The notes: generated by a model from the letters alone, not told the origin. A stretch of DNA of 64,000 bases from Promethearchaeota archaeon (GCA_013375475.1 JABXKD010000007.1:1-64000), one strand, 5' to 3'; counted from the stretch's first letter, positions 48,216 to 58,616 are shown. Made by a program: numbers and translations.

Positions 48216-48665
48216 ATAATAAAGAAAGTACTGATTGCGGGTACGTTTGATCTTATCCACCCCGGGCATATATATCTAATAAATGAGGCTGCTAAAATGG
48301 GTGAGGTTTATGTAATTGTAGCAACAGATAAGAACCGAAGGTTATATTCTGGGGAAGCTCCAATTATTCCCGAAAACCAGAGATTAGAAGTGATTAAAAG
48401 TCTTAAAAATGTCAAGGAAGCTAGATTGGGAAGATCTGATAATGATACACTTACAACAGTTGAAGAAATAAATCCGGATATAATCCTTTTAGGACCAGAT
48501 CAAAAATATAATGGAAAAACACTAAAACTTGGCTTGGAAGAAAAAGGTCTGAACAAAATAATAGTAAAAAGGCTAGATACATACTACGATAAATATGAAC
48601 TTCACTCCTCTAGCCTTATAAAAAAAAAAATAATAAGCCAAAATAACAAAAAGTTAAAACAGTGA
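48216..48665 (+). CDS. ribL: FAD synthetase RibL (apparent ATA start)
   Basis: Essential motif VLIAGTFDLIHPGH lies in frame upstream of the first ATG (48297). In-frame TGA at 48207; ATA at 48216/48219. Adjacent to ribK. Confidence 0.82.
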   Translation: MIKKVLIAGTFDLIHPGHIYLINEAAKMGEVYVIVATDKNRRLYSGEAPIIPENQRLEVIKSLKNVKEARLGRSDNDTLTTVEEINPDIILLGPDQKYNGKTLKLGLEEKGLNKIIVKRLDTYYDKYELHSSSLIKKKIISQNNKKLKQ

Positions 48666-48669
48666 TTTA

Positions 48670-49383
48670 ATGAGCAAAGAAGGAGAGATTTCACCTGAAA
48701 ACTACGCTAATTGGTTTGCACTTTATCAACTTTGTAAACATATAGAACACCGCCAAACAATCAATATAAGCAGTGTAGAATTCGGAAAGCTTCTTAATCT
48801 AAGTCAACAAACTGCTTCAAGGAGAATCAACGATCTCATAGAATTAAAATGGATTAAAAGAAAAATTGAGAATAAAATCCAAAAAATCGTTTTAACTAAA
48901 GAAGGCAGTGATGTAATGCTTCTAATGTATAAAAATTTAAAGAACATTCTGGAGAGTATTGTTATATTAGGGACGGTACAGAACGGAATGAAAGAAGGAG
49001 CTTATTATGTGTCAATTAAAGGGTATTATGATCAATTCCAAGAGAAATTGGGATTTTTACCCTATAAAGGAACTTTGAATTTGGAGTTAAATAGCACAAA
49101 TATAAATTTATTACGAGAGAAGCTAAATAATCTAAAACCTGTTGTTATCGCGGGGTTCCAAGACGATAATTCAGAACGAACTTATGGTGTTGTTTATTGT
49201 TATGATTGTTTAATCTCACGGATAGATAATCCTGAAGAAAAAATTAACGCCGCGATACTTGATATTAAAAGAACTCATCACAAAAAAAATATAATTGAGA
49301 TTTTAGCTGAGCCTTATTTAAGAGATTATTTCAATTTAAAAGATGGAGATAAATTAATTATTGAGCTAAAAATAAATAGATGA
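48670..49383 (+). CDS. ribK: CTP-dependent riboflavin kinase with N-terminal HTH (RibK/RbkR)
   Basis: SQQTASRR HTH, G.KEGAYY, LGF.PY.GTLNL, RTHH...EI.A..LR..L.DGD. Confidence 0.92.
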   Translation: MSKEGEISPENYANWFALYQLCKHIEHRQTINISSVEFGKLLNLSQQTASRRINDLIELKWIKRKIENKIQKIVLTKEGSDVMLLMYKNLKNILESIVILGTVQNGMKEGAYYVSIKGYYDQFQEKLGFLPYKGTLNLELNSTNINLLREKLNNLKPVVIAGFQDDNSERTYGVVYCYDCLISRIDNPEEKINAAILDIKRTHHKKNIIEILAEPYLRDYFNLKDGDKLIIELKINR

Positions 49384-49388
49384 ATACG

Positions 49389-50012
49389 CTAATTTTCTTT
49401 CTCGTATGCTTTCAATAATTTTGCTATTTTAAAATATCTGAAAATTGCTGTAGCTAACACTAGGAGCATAAAAATAAATAAAAATTCGTTGAAGTATTCA
49501 TAAAAATTTGCAAATATCATCGTAATAACTAAATAAAATAACCTTTCAGAACGAGCCATTAAACCAAAATCAAAATCTCCCTTAAAGAAAACCTCTGCTC
49601 TTGATCTTAAATAACTAATCATTATCGAACCAAAAAAAGATATGAAAATAATGAATTTCATATCAATAATCCCCCATAATAAGCTATTCCAACTGTATAT
49701 TAATAGCGCAAAGAAAATTACAAACTCGCTCATTCTATCCATTACTGAATCAAAAAAACCTCCAAATAATGTTGTTCTTTCCTTTATTCTTGCGATTGCT
49801 CCATCTACTCCATCAAGAAAACCAGTTATGAAGACGAAGATTGAGAATAGAAATAAATTAGAAAAACAAACAAGTGCAACAAAACTTAAAATAGAAAAAC
49901 AAAACATTATAAAAGTAGCCAGATTTGGAGTTACGCCGATTTTACTTAAAATCCTAGCTACTGATTTGACTAGTGGTTTGAAAATTCTACGAAGTCTAAA
50001 TTTTGAAGCCAT
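49389..50012 (-). CDS. CDP-alcohol phosphatidyltransferase (archaetidylinositol-phosphate synthase-like)
   Basis: TPN..T, DGVDGAIAR...FGGFFDSVMDR, SY.R.RAE, R.ER. Confidence 0.9.
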   Translation of the reverse strand: MASKFRLRRIFKPLVKSVARILSKIGVTPNLATFIMFCFSILSFVALVCFSNLFLFSIFVFITGFLDGVDGAIARIKERTTLFGGFFDSVMDRMSEFVIFFALLIYSWNSLLWGIIDMKFIIFISFFGSIMISYLRSRAEVFFKGDFDFGLMARSERLFYLVITMIFANFYEYFNEFLFIFMLLVLATAIFRYFKIAKLLKAYEKEN

Positions 50013-50113
50013 AACTTTTATAATCCCTTTAATCTATGGTTATTTCTAATAAATCTTTAATTTTAAATTTCATTATAAAATTATACAAGAAAAAATAAGT
50101 TGTGTGAATTTTA

Positions 50114-50419
50114 TTGAAATTACGGCTTGTACTGAAAACTTCAACCAAAAAGGAAAAAGATGTGTCTATCAAATTCAATATTGCTCCAAGTAAACATTAT
50201 GGATTTATAAATTTCATCAATCTAGCTTTAGAGCAAGGTAAACCTGTTACAATATCTTTTGAAAAAATAAGTAAATTGGGAGAAAAAGAAGAGAGTAAAG
50301 TTGTTGGAACCTTCAAATTCGAGGGAAAAGATGTAGCAGGATTAAGACAATTGGAAGAAAAAGTCAAAGATAAAGAAAAACGAAGAAAAAAACAACACCA
50401 AAAAAGAGTTCAAGGATAA
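50114..50419 (+). CDS. Hypothetical protein
   Basis: 101-aa ORF with basic C-terminus; gtgtga upstream of the TTG start. Confidence 0.65.
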   Translation: MKLRLVLKTSTKKEKDVSIKFNIAPSKHYGFINFINLALEQGKPVTISFEKISKLGEKEESKVVGTFKFEGKDVAGLRQLEEKVKDKEKRRKKQHQKRVQG

Positions 50420-50508
50420 CTATCTAATTTTATATGAAATTATTGTTAGTTTTATGTTTATTTAAATTATCTTATTCAAAGTTAGTTAAAATCGCGTTTA
50501 TCTTAAAA

Positions 50509-51459
50509 ATGAAAGAAGAAATTTATCTTAAAATTCCAGGACGCATTTGTATTATCGGAGATAAAGTGGATTTACTAGGAAAACCAGTTATAGCTATGGC
50601 TATTAACCTCATGATGAAGTTTTACTACAAATCGCGAAATGATGACACGATAGAATTCTATAGTCGTAATACGAATGAGAGAGTAAAATTTAATTTAAAG
50701 GATATCCCTCCAAGAAATATTGATTTAGCCTACTGGAGCGTTTTGTATGAGAGGTTAAAAGAAAAAATAACCCACGGATTCTATCTTGAAGTTGAATCCG
50801 ATATTCCTATTGGTGTGGGGCTATCTACATCTGCAGCAATATCGGTTGGATTTCTCAAAATTATGAGCGAAGCTTTTTCTTTACATTTTAGCGAAAATGA
50901 ACTTGCTGAACTTGCGTATTTAGGAGAAAACAACGATTTAGGGATACAATGCGGGAGAATGGATCAATATAGCATTGCCCACGGAGGTATAACATTTATT
51001 CGCACTAACGAAGCTCCTGAAGTTGAGCAACTAGAAGTTAATTATCTTCCTATTGTTGTAGGAGATTCGATGGAGGAAAGAAAAGCAGCATCAGTATTAA
51101 ATCGGATTAAAAAAAACATCAAAGAGGGAGATGTTAAAACGTTAAAAGCATTCAAAGTGATTGAAGAATGTGTGTATCAAGGAAAAGTAGCTCTCTTGAC
51201 TAAAGATTTTAAAAAACTTGGAGAACTAATGGATACACAACAAAAGCAGGAAATAATACTAGGCGCTGCAACCGATAAAATCCTAAAACTTTGCTTAGCT
51301 TCTAAAAGTGCTGGTGCTCTTGGGGCAAAACAAATGGGTGCCGGGGGCGGAGGTTGCATGCTCGCGATTGCTCCTGGAAAAGAAAAAGAAGTTGCTCGAG
51401 CTATTGAAGATGCAGGTGGCCGAGCTTGGATTTTTGACATTTTTCGTTATAATTCTTAA
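50509..51459 (+). CDS. GHMP-family kinase (galactokinase/mevalonate kinase-like)
   Basis: PGRICIIGDKVD, IPIGVGLSTSAA, CGRMDQ, GAKQMGAGGGGC. Start refined to MKEEIY. Confidence 0.9.
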   Translation: MKEEIYLKIPGRICIIGDKVDLLGKPVIAMAINLMMKFYYKSRNDDTIEFYSRNTNERVKFNLKDIPPRNIDLAYWSVLYERLKEKITHGFYLEVESDIPIGVGLSTSAAISVGFLKIMSEAFSLHFSENELAELAYLGENNDLGIQCGRMDQYSIAHGGITFIRTNEAPEVEQLEVNYLPIVVGDSMEERKAASVLNRIKKNIKEGDVKTLKAFKVIEECVYQGKVALLTKDFKKLGELMDTQQKQEIILGAATDKILKLCLASKSAGALGAKQMGAGGGGCMLAIAPGKEKEVARAIEDAGGRAWIFDIFRYNS

Positions 51460-52205
51460 GCCAAGTTCACAAACCCAAATTTTACGAGGTTTTTGCATAT
51501 ATTATATACTTGTTCGTGCTTTAAATCCAAACTTTCCGTAATCTGCCTAATGGATTTCTTCCCATCAATTTGATAAAAGACTTTATGTGAAGTTTCTCCC
51601 GTTAGAAAAGTTTTTGGATTAACTTTCTTAAGAGAAGTGAAATGTGGGATTTGATTACAATAATTTGGTAAGTTAGGTGGAGGATCTAACTTACTTTTTA
51701 GCGTTAATAAATTAGTTTCTTCATTAATTTTTTCTTCTACACACTTAAATAATGCCACGACTCGTTCCTTAAAACCTGTATCACTCTCTTTTAATTCTTC
51801 CTCTACAAAGGCTGTTAAAATATCATTAAAAGAGTTAAATGCACCAATGTTGCCTTTCCAATTTACTATATCATCGATACTAAATTTCTGTAAAAAAGTA
51901 CGAGAAAGTTTTCTTAAAATCCTTAGAATATTAACCGGTTTAGATTTATCGTCGTAAGTGGCAATATAAATTAAATTAGGAATACTTGTATCCTTTAAAA
52001 AAGATAATTTTAAATCATTGTTAGATAATTTCAATTCACAAATCGATCCTAAATCTTCAAATGAGTCAGAAAACGAATTAAGAGCAGAAAAAAATCCGGA
52101 GACCATTATCAATGAATCTGCTTCTGAAAAAATGTTTTTAGCTACAGAAAAATTCTTAAATAATAAAGGTAAGCCGTCTTTTATTATCAGGAAATCATGG
52201 ATCAT
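51456..52205 (-). CDS. Longin-like domain + C-terminal wHTH protein
   Basis: MIHDFLIIKDGLPL...MVSGFFSALNSF...F..KF...WKG; C-terminal IDGKKSIRQI...L.K.G.V. Confidence 0.65.
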   Translation of the reverse strand: MIHDFLIIKDGLPLLFKNFSVAKNIFSEADSLIMVSGFFSALNSFSDSFEDLGSICELKLSNNDLKLSFLKDTSIPNLIYIATYDDKSKPVNILRILRKLSRTFLQKFSIDDIVNWKGNIGAFNSFNDILTAFVEEELKESDTGFKERVVALFKCVEEKINEETNLLTLKSKLDPPPNLPNYCNQIPHFTSLKKVNPKTFLTGETSHKVFYQIDGKKSIRQITESLDLKHEQVYNICKNLVKFGFVNLA

Positions 52206-52373
52206 TGATTAAACTCATCAAACATTATTTAGATAATCATATAATTTTCAAATAGAAACATAAATTAATGCATCAATAAAACCTAACTACCAAAAAAGAA
52301 AAAAAAAAGTAATATCCTTGTATTATCGTAATAATACTTTGAATTCTTTTTATTAATAAAACTTCAAGAAAAA

Positions 52374-53477
52374 ATGATAAAGATAAAGTCTCCGGGAAGA
52401 ATATGTCTCTTCGGTGAGCATCAGGACTATTTAAACTATCCGATCATCTCTATGGCGATATCTAAATATATATATTTACAAGCAGAAAGAATTTCAGAAC
52501 CGAAATTTCTAATTAATCAACCAGATATAGATTCTTATATAGAAATTCCGCTGAATAGAGGAGAATTAGAATATAAATCTAATCGTGACTATCTAGAAAG
52601 TGGTTACAATCAGTTTATCCGGAGAAACTGTAAGTTTAAAAAAGGGTATAAAATTAAAATCACTGGCGACATACCAATAAACGCTGGTGTTGCAAGTTCT
52701 TCAGCGTTAGTTATTGCGTGGTTGTATTTTTTAAATTTAATAAGTGGAAAAGAATTAGACTCATTTCAAGTAGCTTTAGAAGGTTACAATACCGAAGTAA
52801 AAGAATTTAAGGAAGGAGGTGGTATGATGGATCATTTCACATCTGTTTTCGGATCCCTCATCTTTTTAAAACCTGAAATCCCAAAACCTAACTTGTTTGT
52901 ATACAACTTACTTTTAGACGGATTTGTATTAGGAAACTCCAAGGAAAAAAAAGCGACTGTTGATGATTTAATAAAAACGAAAAATGCTACATTAAAAGCG
53001 TTTAAGTTGATAAAAGAAATTATGCCCGATTTTAATCAATTTCACACAAAATTAGAAGATATTGAACCATACTTGACTAATTTAAAAAAAGAATATAGCC
53101 AAAAGATTGTAGGAAATATTATTAATAGAGATATCACTTTTAATGCAAAACAATTAATCGATAAACAACAGATATCAATATCTACAAAAAAGAGCATGCG
53201 TGTCGATAACGATTTCTATCAAGAACTAGGGAATCTATTAAATCTTCACCAACAACAATTAAATGAAAACATTCAGATTTCTACTGATAAAATTAATAAA
53301 ATAATCAAAAATTGTCTAAAACACGGAGCTTTAGGTGGTAAAATTAATGGCTCAGGATTTGGAGGAACAATGTTTGCTCTTTTACCCAATAATGAACAGT
53401 TAATTAAGAACGCAATTGAGGAAGAAGGTGGAGAAGGTTTTATCTTAAAAACTAGTAGTGGAGTTGAAGAATATTGA
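52374..53477 (+). CDS. GHMP-family sugar kinase (galactokinase-like)
   Basis: PGRICLFGEHQDY, IPINAGVASSSA, GGMMDH, GKINGSGFGG. Confidence 0.9.
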   Translation: MIKIKSPGRICLFGEHQDYLNYPIISMAISKYIYLQAERISEPKFLINQPDIDSYIEIPLNRGELEYKSNRDYLESGYNQFIRRNCKFKKGYKIKITGDIPINAGVASSSALVIAWLYFLNLISGKELDSFQVALEGYNTEVKEFKEGGGMMDHFTSVFGSLIFLKPEIPKPNLFVYNLLLDGFVLGNSKEKKATVDDLIKTKNATLKAFKLIKEIMPDFNQFHTKLEDIEPYLTNLKKEYSQKIVGNIINRDITFNAKQLIDKQQISISTKKSMRVDNDFYQELGNLLNLHQQQLNENIQISTDKINKIIKNCLKHGALGGKINGSGFGGTMFALLPNNEQLIKNAIEEEGGEGFILKTSSGVEEY

Positions 53478-54217
53478 AAGCTGTAATTTTATGTGCTGGT
53501 TTTGGTAAGAGGTTAAAACCCTATACTGATAAAATCCAAAAAACCATGCTACGAGTTCATGGTAAACCTTTTTTAGAATATATAATAAATGGAATGAGTT
53601 ATGCAGGTTTTCGAGATATAATTTTGGTTGTAGGATATCTTAAAGAGCAAATTATGGATTACTTTAAAACTGGTACTAAATGGAATGTAAAAATTGAATA
53701 TATAGAACAAAAAGAATTAAACGGAACAGGAGGGGCTCTATTACTTTGTGAAAAATTCATTTTTGATAATCATTTTTTTCTAACTTGGGGAGATACCTTA
53801 GTTCCTTACGAAATTTATAAAACCGTGTATGATACGTACCAAAATGAGAATAATGATTTCATTTTAGTAGCAAATTACACAGAGGATCCTTACTTGGGAG
53901 CAGCAATTTATTGCGATGATTATTTTTTGAAAGATATAATCGAAAAACCCCCACGAGGGACTTCAAAAACCAATTTAAACAATTGTGGGGTCTTTATTTT
54001 TTCTAAGGAAATTTTTGGCGTATTAAAAACTCTTATACCTTCTAAAAGAGGTGAAATAGAAGTACCTGAAGCTCTACTAAATGGGATAAAAGAACGAAAT
54101 TGGAAAATTAGAATAATTAAGATGGATAAAAATCAATTTAAAGGAGATATTGGCGCAAAAAAAAAATATGAACAATTAAAAAACGATTCATCATGGCTCC
54201 AACTATTAAAAATTTAA
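53474..54217 (+). CDS. Sugar-1-phosphate nucleotidyltransferase
   Basis: KAVILCAGFGKRL.P.T, GTGGAL, IIEKP, S.RGE.E; 4-nt overlap with the kinase gene. Confidence 0.9.
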   Translation: MKAVILCAGFGKRLKPYTDKIQKTMLRVHGKPFLEYIINGMSYAGFRDIILVVGYLKEQIMDYFKTGTKWNVKIEYIEQKELNGTGGALLLCEKFIFDNHFFLTWGDTLVPYEIYKTVYDTYQNENNDFILVANYTEDPYLGAAIYCDDYFLKDIIEKPPRGTSKTNLNNCGVFIFSKEIFGVLKTLIPSKRGEIEVPEALLNGIKERNWKIRIIKMDKNQFKGDIGAKKKYEQLKNDSSWLQLLKI

Positions 54218-54286
54218 ATAGATAAAAAGCAAAATTAATTACATAGCAAGAGATTTAAGAAATTATAATTTAATAGTAAATCAAAA

Positions 54287-55915
54287 GTGGATTATATGCG
54301 GATAAGAACTAGAAAAAACCTTCTAAAAAAAAATATAGTTGTTACAATTTTATTTTCTATTCCAGTTATTAGTTTTTTTGGTTATATAGGTTTTGGTCTT
54401 TATATTCTTGATGATTTGGCTTCACTCAGTTTAAATCTAGACCCTCCAAATACCACCTACTTCACTCCATTAAATCAAATCATTGGAAACCAAACCTACT
54501 TAGACCAAATGGCAGATAGATACGATTATCAGTTAGAAAAATGGCATATTCCCACCAACATCAGTATTGATGTTACATTTACAAATGATTCTTATAATGA
54601 AGTTCAGAATTATCATGAAACTGATAACGGAAATCTCCATTTAGGTTATACCCTTGCTTCTCAATGTTTACGCTACAAATATGCTCTAGATAATAACGAT
54701 TTAACCGAATTAGCTAATGCAACTCGTATGGTAAAAAAATGTGTTTCTGGGTTTACTAACATGCTTGCTGCACCTAACGGAGGTATTGGACCAGATTATC
54801 CTGGGATGCCGGCAAGGTTTGTTTCTGCTCCAGAAAATCGAAAATATCACCAATGGTTGTTCGATCCTCATCCCCGCCACTTCAATGGAACGGGACCTTA
54901 TAGCAATTGGAGGGTCAGACTACACACATCCCGTGACGAGCTAGCTGGTTACTATTTAGGATTCGCAAGTGTTTTAAAATTTATTGATCCTGAATTTAAC
55001 GAAGATAGTCGGTGGTGCGTCGATAGAATTAAATTATTAACAGCCCAAATGATAGAAGGTTTTCGTAAAACTAACTGGTTGGTGTTAGGTGGGAACGGAG
55101 AACCCGTAGGATCGGATTTAAACCCCATCTTAGGAGAAAGTATATGGCAATTAGCGCTACTTCGCATTGGTGCTACAGCATATCCAGATATATACGATTC
55201 TCTTTATAATTACGCAGCAACAAAAATAATGTCAATGCACAATGGCCACATGGGATCAGTAAGCAACACAGCTTACGATACCTATGCTCTTGCTTTCAGT
55301 ATGGATGTAGAATTTGCGTTAATTATGTTAGAGGACAATCCATTATTGCAACACCATTACATAAAAAGATTTGAAGAAGGTTTTTATAGCTTTTTAGGGT
55401 ATCATCGAAATGCTTTCTTTAACATCGTTCACCTTACTTTCATGACCCTAATACAAGATTCCTCTTTATTTGAGGACCCTAATTACGAGGATGAAACTAT
55501 TAAATGGGATATTTTGGATCAATTGTGGAGGTTTAACACATCTGGATGGGGAAATGGCGTAAGAGATTACAATATAACCGTAAGACCTAATTCTACGAGA
55601 GCTACTAGTTTAAATCCCGAAATTGCTAATATGGAAATTGATCCAAATAGAGCAAAATGGGCTGATTTCTTTGAAAACAATATATACGGTACGCTTTTTT
55701 CCTGGGTCGGAGAAACGATTGATATTGACGATCCAAATGATGACCAATATGTTCTCCCTTTAACAATCTCAGAAATGGGCGTTCATCACTTTCTCTGGGA
55801 ACATAGTAAATTTTTTGGGACGGGAGGCAACCCAACAGGAAGTGGTTTAAGACAAGTAATACCTAATAGTTATTTGGTTGTATACTGGATGGGAAAGGCG
55901 TTTAATATTTTCTAA
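54287..55915 (+). CDS. Membrane-anchored extracellular hypothetical protein
   Basis: N-terminal TM and a large aromatic-rich domain with TSRDE..G and YLVVYW motifs. Confidence 0.75.
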   Translation: MDYMRIRTRKNLLKKNIVVTILFSIPVISFFGYIGFGLYILDDLASLSLNLDPPNTTYFTPLNQIIGNQTYLDQMADRYDYQLEKWHIPTNISIDVTFTNDSYNEVQNYHETDNGNLHLGYTLASQCLRYKYALDNNDLTELANATRMVKKCVSGFTNMLAAPNGGIGPDYPGMPARFVSAPENRKYHQWLFDPHPRHFNGTGPYSNWRVRLHTSRDELAGYYLGFASVLKFIDPEFNEDSRWCVDRIKLLTAQMIEGFRKTNWLVLGGNGEPVGSDLNPILGESIWQLALLRIGATAYPDIYDSLYNYAATKIMSMHNGHMGSVSNTAYDTYALAFSMDVEFALIMLEDNPLLQHHYIKRFEEGFYSFLGYHRNAFFNIVHLTFMTLIQDSSLFEDPNYEDETIKWDILDQLWRFNTSGWGNGVRDYNITVRPNSTRATSLNPEIANMEIDPNRAKWADFFENNIYGTLFSWVGETIDIDDPNDDQYVLPLTISEMGVHHFLWEHSKFFGTGGNPTGSGLRQVIPNSYLVVYWMGKAFNIF

Positions 55916-56082
55916 ATCCATTCTTATTTATTCTTATTTTTCAATGTAAAGGCTTTTTCAACTAGTTAATTAACTTCATACAAACTGGACTCCAAATCTT
56001 TTTAAATTAATGAATCATCTCAATACGTACAAATTGATTCTAAAAATTATATTTGTCTTAATTAAAGAAGTGAATAGAAATT

Positions 56083-56649
56083 ATGTCTGATGAAAGTTAT
56101 AAAAACCGCTACTATTCAAAAAAGAAATATGAAGCAGCAATCGAGACTTTAGGGGTGGGTTTAGTGTTTTTATTCGTTGCTATACTATCACTATTTTTTA
56201 TAGCATTTAATGTCGACTTTATTGGTCTTAAGTCGTGGGGTTATTGGCTTTTCATACCCGCGTTCTTTATAATCCTTGGAGGCTTTTCGCAATATTATAC
56301 CAATATGAAATTCCAAAAATCTATAAAAGTTGCGTTACTTGACCGTGGTAATCAAGGCACCCATAAATTAGAGGATATTGCCCTTGAAGTTGGAATTAAG
56401 CCTAAGGACGTACTTCAAGTTCTTATTGATTTACGCCAAAAAGGAATTGTTAGTTATCGTTTCAACTCAGACACAGGGGAAATAATCCTTGGTGAGAAAG
56501 TGGCATATGTGAAGTCTGAGGAGTATGTTGTTCCCCCCAAAAAACTTGAGGAACCTTTAGAAACTAAGGGAAAAGCATTTTGTGTTTATTGTGGTCATCA
56601 ATTACCTAAGGAAGGTAATTTTTGCGAAAATTGTGGTTCAAAGATATAA
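56083..56649 (+). CDS. 2-TM protein with wHTH-like and C-terminal double Zn ribbon
   Basis: FCVYCG...FCENCG at the C-terminus. Confidence 0.8.
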   Translation: MSDESYKNRYYSKKKYEAAIETLGVGLVFLFVAILSLFFIAFNVDFIGLKSWGYWLFIPAFFIILGGFSQYYTNMKFQKSIKVALLDRGNQGTHKLEDIALEVGIKPKDVLQVLIDLRQKGIVSYRFNSDTGEIILGEKVAYVKSEEYVVPPKKLEEPLETKGKAFCVYCGHQLPKEGNFCENCGSKI

Positions 56650-56725
56650 AACTATTACTAAATTGATTCCCTTTTTTTTACTCTTTTTTTCTTTTAGATA
56701 TTAACATTTAAAGTTTATTAACTAT

Positions 56726-57802
56726 GTGGGCTTTAATCATCTTGTTAAAACAGAGATGTTAACTATGAGTGGAAAAGTATTAACATTAGGAGAAATAATG
56801 CTAAGGTTATCTCCTCCATATTTTAAAAGATTTACTCAAACGAGATCATTTGATGTAATATTCGGAGGTGGGGAAGCAAATGTTGCGGTTTCTTTAGCAA
56901 ATTTTGGTATTAATGTTGATTATGTTACGAGGTTACCGAAAAATGATCTTGGAGATGCATGTATTCAATATTTACGACAATTTGGAGTTAATACTGATAA
57001 AATCTTAAGGGGGGGTGATAGACTCGGAATCTATTTTCTGGAAATAGGAGCATCTGCTAGATCTAGTAAAGTAATTTATGATCGTGATAACTCTGCTATT
57101 GCGACTGCTGATTTAGGTATGTTTGATTGGGATACTATTTTTAAGGATATAGAATGGTTTCACTGGACGGGTATTACGCCCGCAATTTCTCAAAACTTAG
57201 CAGAAATCTGCCTTAGTGCCGTTAAAGAAGCAAAAAAAAGGGGAATTACTATTTCATGTGATTTAAACTACCGAAATAAATTATGGAAATATGGAAAATC
57301 ACCCTTAGATGTCATGCCCGAGTTAGTGAAAAATTGCGATATAGCAATTGGTAACGAGGAGGATGCAGAAAAAGTACTGGGAATTAATGCTCCTGATACA
57401 GATGTTACTTCGGGGAAGCTAGATCCAGAAAAATATAAATATGTTATGGGGACTATAACCCAACAATATCCAAATTTGAAATTTGTGGGAATAACCCTTA
57501 GAGGGTCAATTTCTGCTAGTCATAATACATGGGCAGGCTTACTATATAATGGAAAAGATATGTTTGTTAGCCCTCATTATGAGATAACTCATATCGTTGA
57601 TAGAGTTGGCGGTGGAGATTCATTTGTGGCTGGTTTAATCTACGGGCTTCTAAATTTTAAAGATGATTTACAAGAAGTATTGAATTTTGCGGTAGCCGCC
57701 TCGTGTTTAAAACATACTATTTTTGGCGATTTTAACTTAGTTACAGTTGATGAGGTAAGAAAAATAATGAAAGGAGATGTTTCTGGTCGTGTATCAAGAT
57801 AA
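56726..57802 (+). CDS. kdgK: PfkB sugar kinase, 2-keto-3-deoxygluconate kinase-like
   Basis: GEIMLRLSP, GGGEANVA, HWTGITPA, DLNYR, DRVGGGDSF. Start is probably ATG 56765. Confidence 0.88.
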   Translation: MGFNHLVKTEMLTMSGKVLTLGEIMLRLSPPYFKRFTQTRSFDVIFGGGEANVAVSLANFGINVDYVTRLPKNDLGDACIQYLRQFGVNTDKILRGGDRLGIYFLEIGASARSSKVIYDRDNSAIATADLGMFDWDTIFKDIEWFHWTGITPAISQNLAEICLSAVKEAKKRGITISCDLNYRNKLWKYGKSPLDVMPELVKNCDIAIGNEEDAEKVLGINAPDTDVTSGKLDPEKYKYVMGTITQQYPNLKFVGITLRGSISASHNTWAGLLYNGKDMFVSPHYEITHIVDRVGGGDSFVAGLIYGLLNFKDDLQEVLNFAVAASCLKHTIFGDFNLVTVDEVRKIMKGDVSGRVSR

Positions 57803-58592
57803 ATTTGAAAAGATGGTAATAACGGCAACAACTGCTAATTCTTGGATATTTCCCGATTTAAAGAATTGGGCAGAGAATACTGAAGACCTAATAGATGATG
57901 TAGTTAATTGTTACGAAGCGGGAGCCGCCATTGCCCATGTCCATCTTCCAAGAGGAGAAGAACTAACAACTGTAAAAAAAATTAGAGAAAAATGTGATAT
58001 CATAATCCAAGCAGGAATGTCGAGTTATCCTATTGAAGAGAGAAAGTCTGATTTTCAAGCAAAGCCAGATTTGCTTTCTGTTATTGCTAATCATCACGCA
58101 GAATATTTTTCAGAAGGAAATGTCAATGTAATTCACGATCTTGATGAACTTGAAGAATATTGTATCACATGTAAAAAATTTAATATTAAAATAGAATGGG
58201 AAATTTGGCATACTGGTTCTTATTGGAATTTAAATCATTTAATTAGTAAAGGTGTTTTAGATCCTCCTTATGTTTTAACTCTTTTCTTTGATTGGCCTGG
58301 AGGGACATGGTCTCCTCCTACCGCAGATGAATATCTCCATAGGATTAAGTATATGCCTGAGAACAGTGTTCACACTATAAGCGTCATGGGGAAAGAACAA
58401 ACAAAAATCGCAGTGTTAGCGATTCAACATGGAGGAAATGTACGCGTTGGAACAGAGGATTATCCATTTATCAAGGAAGGTGTTCCAGCAAAAAGTAATG
58501 CTGAGATAGTAGCCCGAATGGTAAGACTAAGTAAAGAATTAGGCCGCGAAATTGCAGATCCTTCCGAAGCAAGAAAGATTTTAGGGATTTAG
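57777..58592 (+). CDS. BKACE / DUF849 beta-keto acid cleavage family enzyme
   Basis: CYEAGAAIAHVH, GGNVRVGTED, SNAE.V.R, A.PSEAR.ILG. Confidence 0.88.
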   Translation: MFLVVYQDKFEKMVITATTANSWIFPDLKNWAENTEDLIDDVVNCYEAGAAIAHVHLPRGEELTTVKKIREKCDIIIQAGMSSYPIEERKSDFQAKPDLLSVIANHHAEYFSEGNVNVIHDLDELEEYCITCKKFNIKIEWEIWHTGSYWNLNHLISKGVLDPPYVLTLFFDWPGGTWSPPTADEYLHRIKYMPENSVHTISVMGKEQTKIAVLAIQHGGNVRVGTEDYPFIKEGVPAKSNAEIVARMVRLSKELGREIADPSEARKILGI

Positions 58593-58616
58593 CACTTTTG
58601 TTTGGTTAAATAACTC

